64,000 bases of DNA, taken from positions 64,001 through 128,000 of the IMG/VR virus record IMGVR_UViG_3300036861_000610; one strand, written 5' to 3'. Each line of letters starts with the position of its first letter. Within the stretch, counting starts at the first letter, position 1. The position numbers and the translations under genes were made by a program. The notes beneath the pieces are model-generated. The model had not been told where the DNA came from. It searched no databases and saw only the letters and a list, made by a program, of their open reading frames with translations. The DNA comes from a virus. Shown in pieces: positions 63,769 to 64,000 of the stretch.

Positions 63769-64000
63769 AGGTCCTCCAGCGTCTTGTTGGCGTAGTTGCG
63801 GACCACCGCCTCGAACCAGAGCTGGAGGGCTGAGAACATCTCGGCAGGTGTCCCGTCCACGCGATTGTGGTAGTGGGCCATCAACTTGTTAGGACTCTGC
63901 CGGTCCAGGCGCCGAACAACGTCTTCGGCAGCTTGGACCTGCAGGTAGTGGCGACGCTCCGGGGTCAGGAGGAGTTGTGCCCGGTCGAGTACCTCGATAA
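63765..64000 (-). CDS. Hypothetical protein, partial (runs off the window)
   Basis: Open minus frame ending ...VRNYANKTLEDL* and overlapping the next start. Confidence 0.45.
   Translation of the reverse strand, partial: IEVLDRAQLLLTPERRHYLQVQAAEDVVRRLDRQSPNKLMAHYHNRVDGTPAEMFSALQLWFEAVVRNYANKTLEDL

Noticed and set aside
1-64000. tRNA, integrase/att site, LysB
   Set aside because: None recognised by eye; lifestyle and exact host cannot be fixed from this window.

Overview
High-GC actinobacteriophage (or prophage) segment, probably a siphovirus. Plus strand (1-50.7 kb): end of a probable portal gene, MuF minor head gene, a prohead-protease-type region split into two genes, a 20-kb gene for a 6,683-aa polyvalent protein, two capsid genes, neck and tail genes, a tape measure of about 700 aa, minor tail genes, a ~9-kb glycan cassette and a lysis module. 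The giant protein carries an HPRD-GRF leader, a degenerate ADP-ribosyltransferase fold, histone-H1-like K/A/P tracts studded with small repeated domains, two GrpE-like heads and three HExxH zincins. The glycan cassette has five glycosyltransferases, an NDP-hexose C-methyltransferase, a GDP-mannose 4,6-dehydratase and an RmlD-like reductase. Minus strand (50.7-64 kb): small accessory genes, including an RNase AS-like DEDD nuclease, a Thr/Pro-stalked beta-helix membrane protein, a vWA protein, a DnaJ-type zinc finger, three paralogues with G-[FY]-[ND]-x-x repeats, a Holliday-junction resolvase and a nonsense-interrupted HNH gene. Best candidates for new biology: (1) the giant histone-like/effector head protein with a hidden convergent 55-aa candidate inhibitor, and (2) a phage pathway for a branched C-methyl-6-deoxysugar, plausibly for virion glycosylation. 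All family calls are by-eye motif recognition; no searches were run. No tRNA, rRNA, CRISPR array or integrase was seen.
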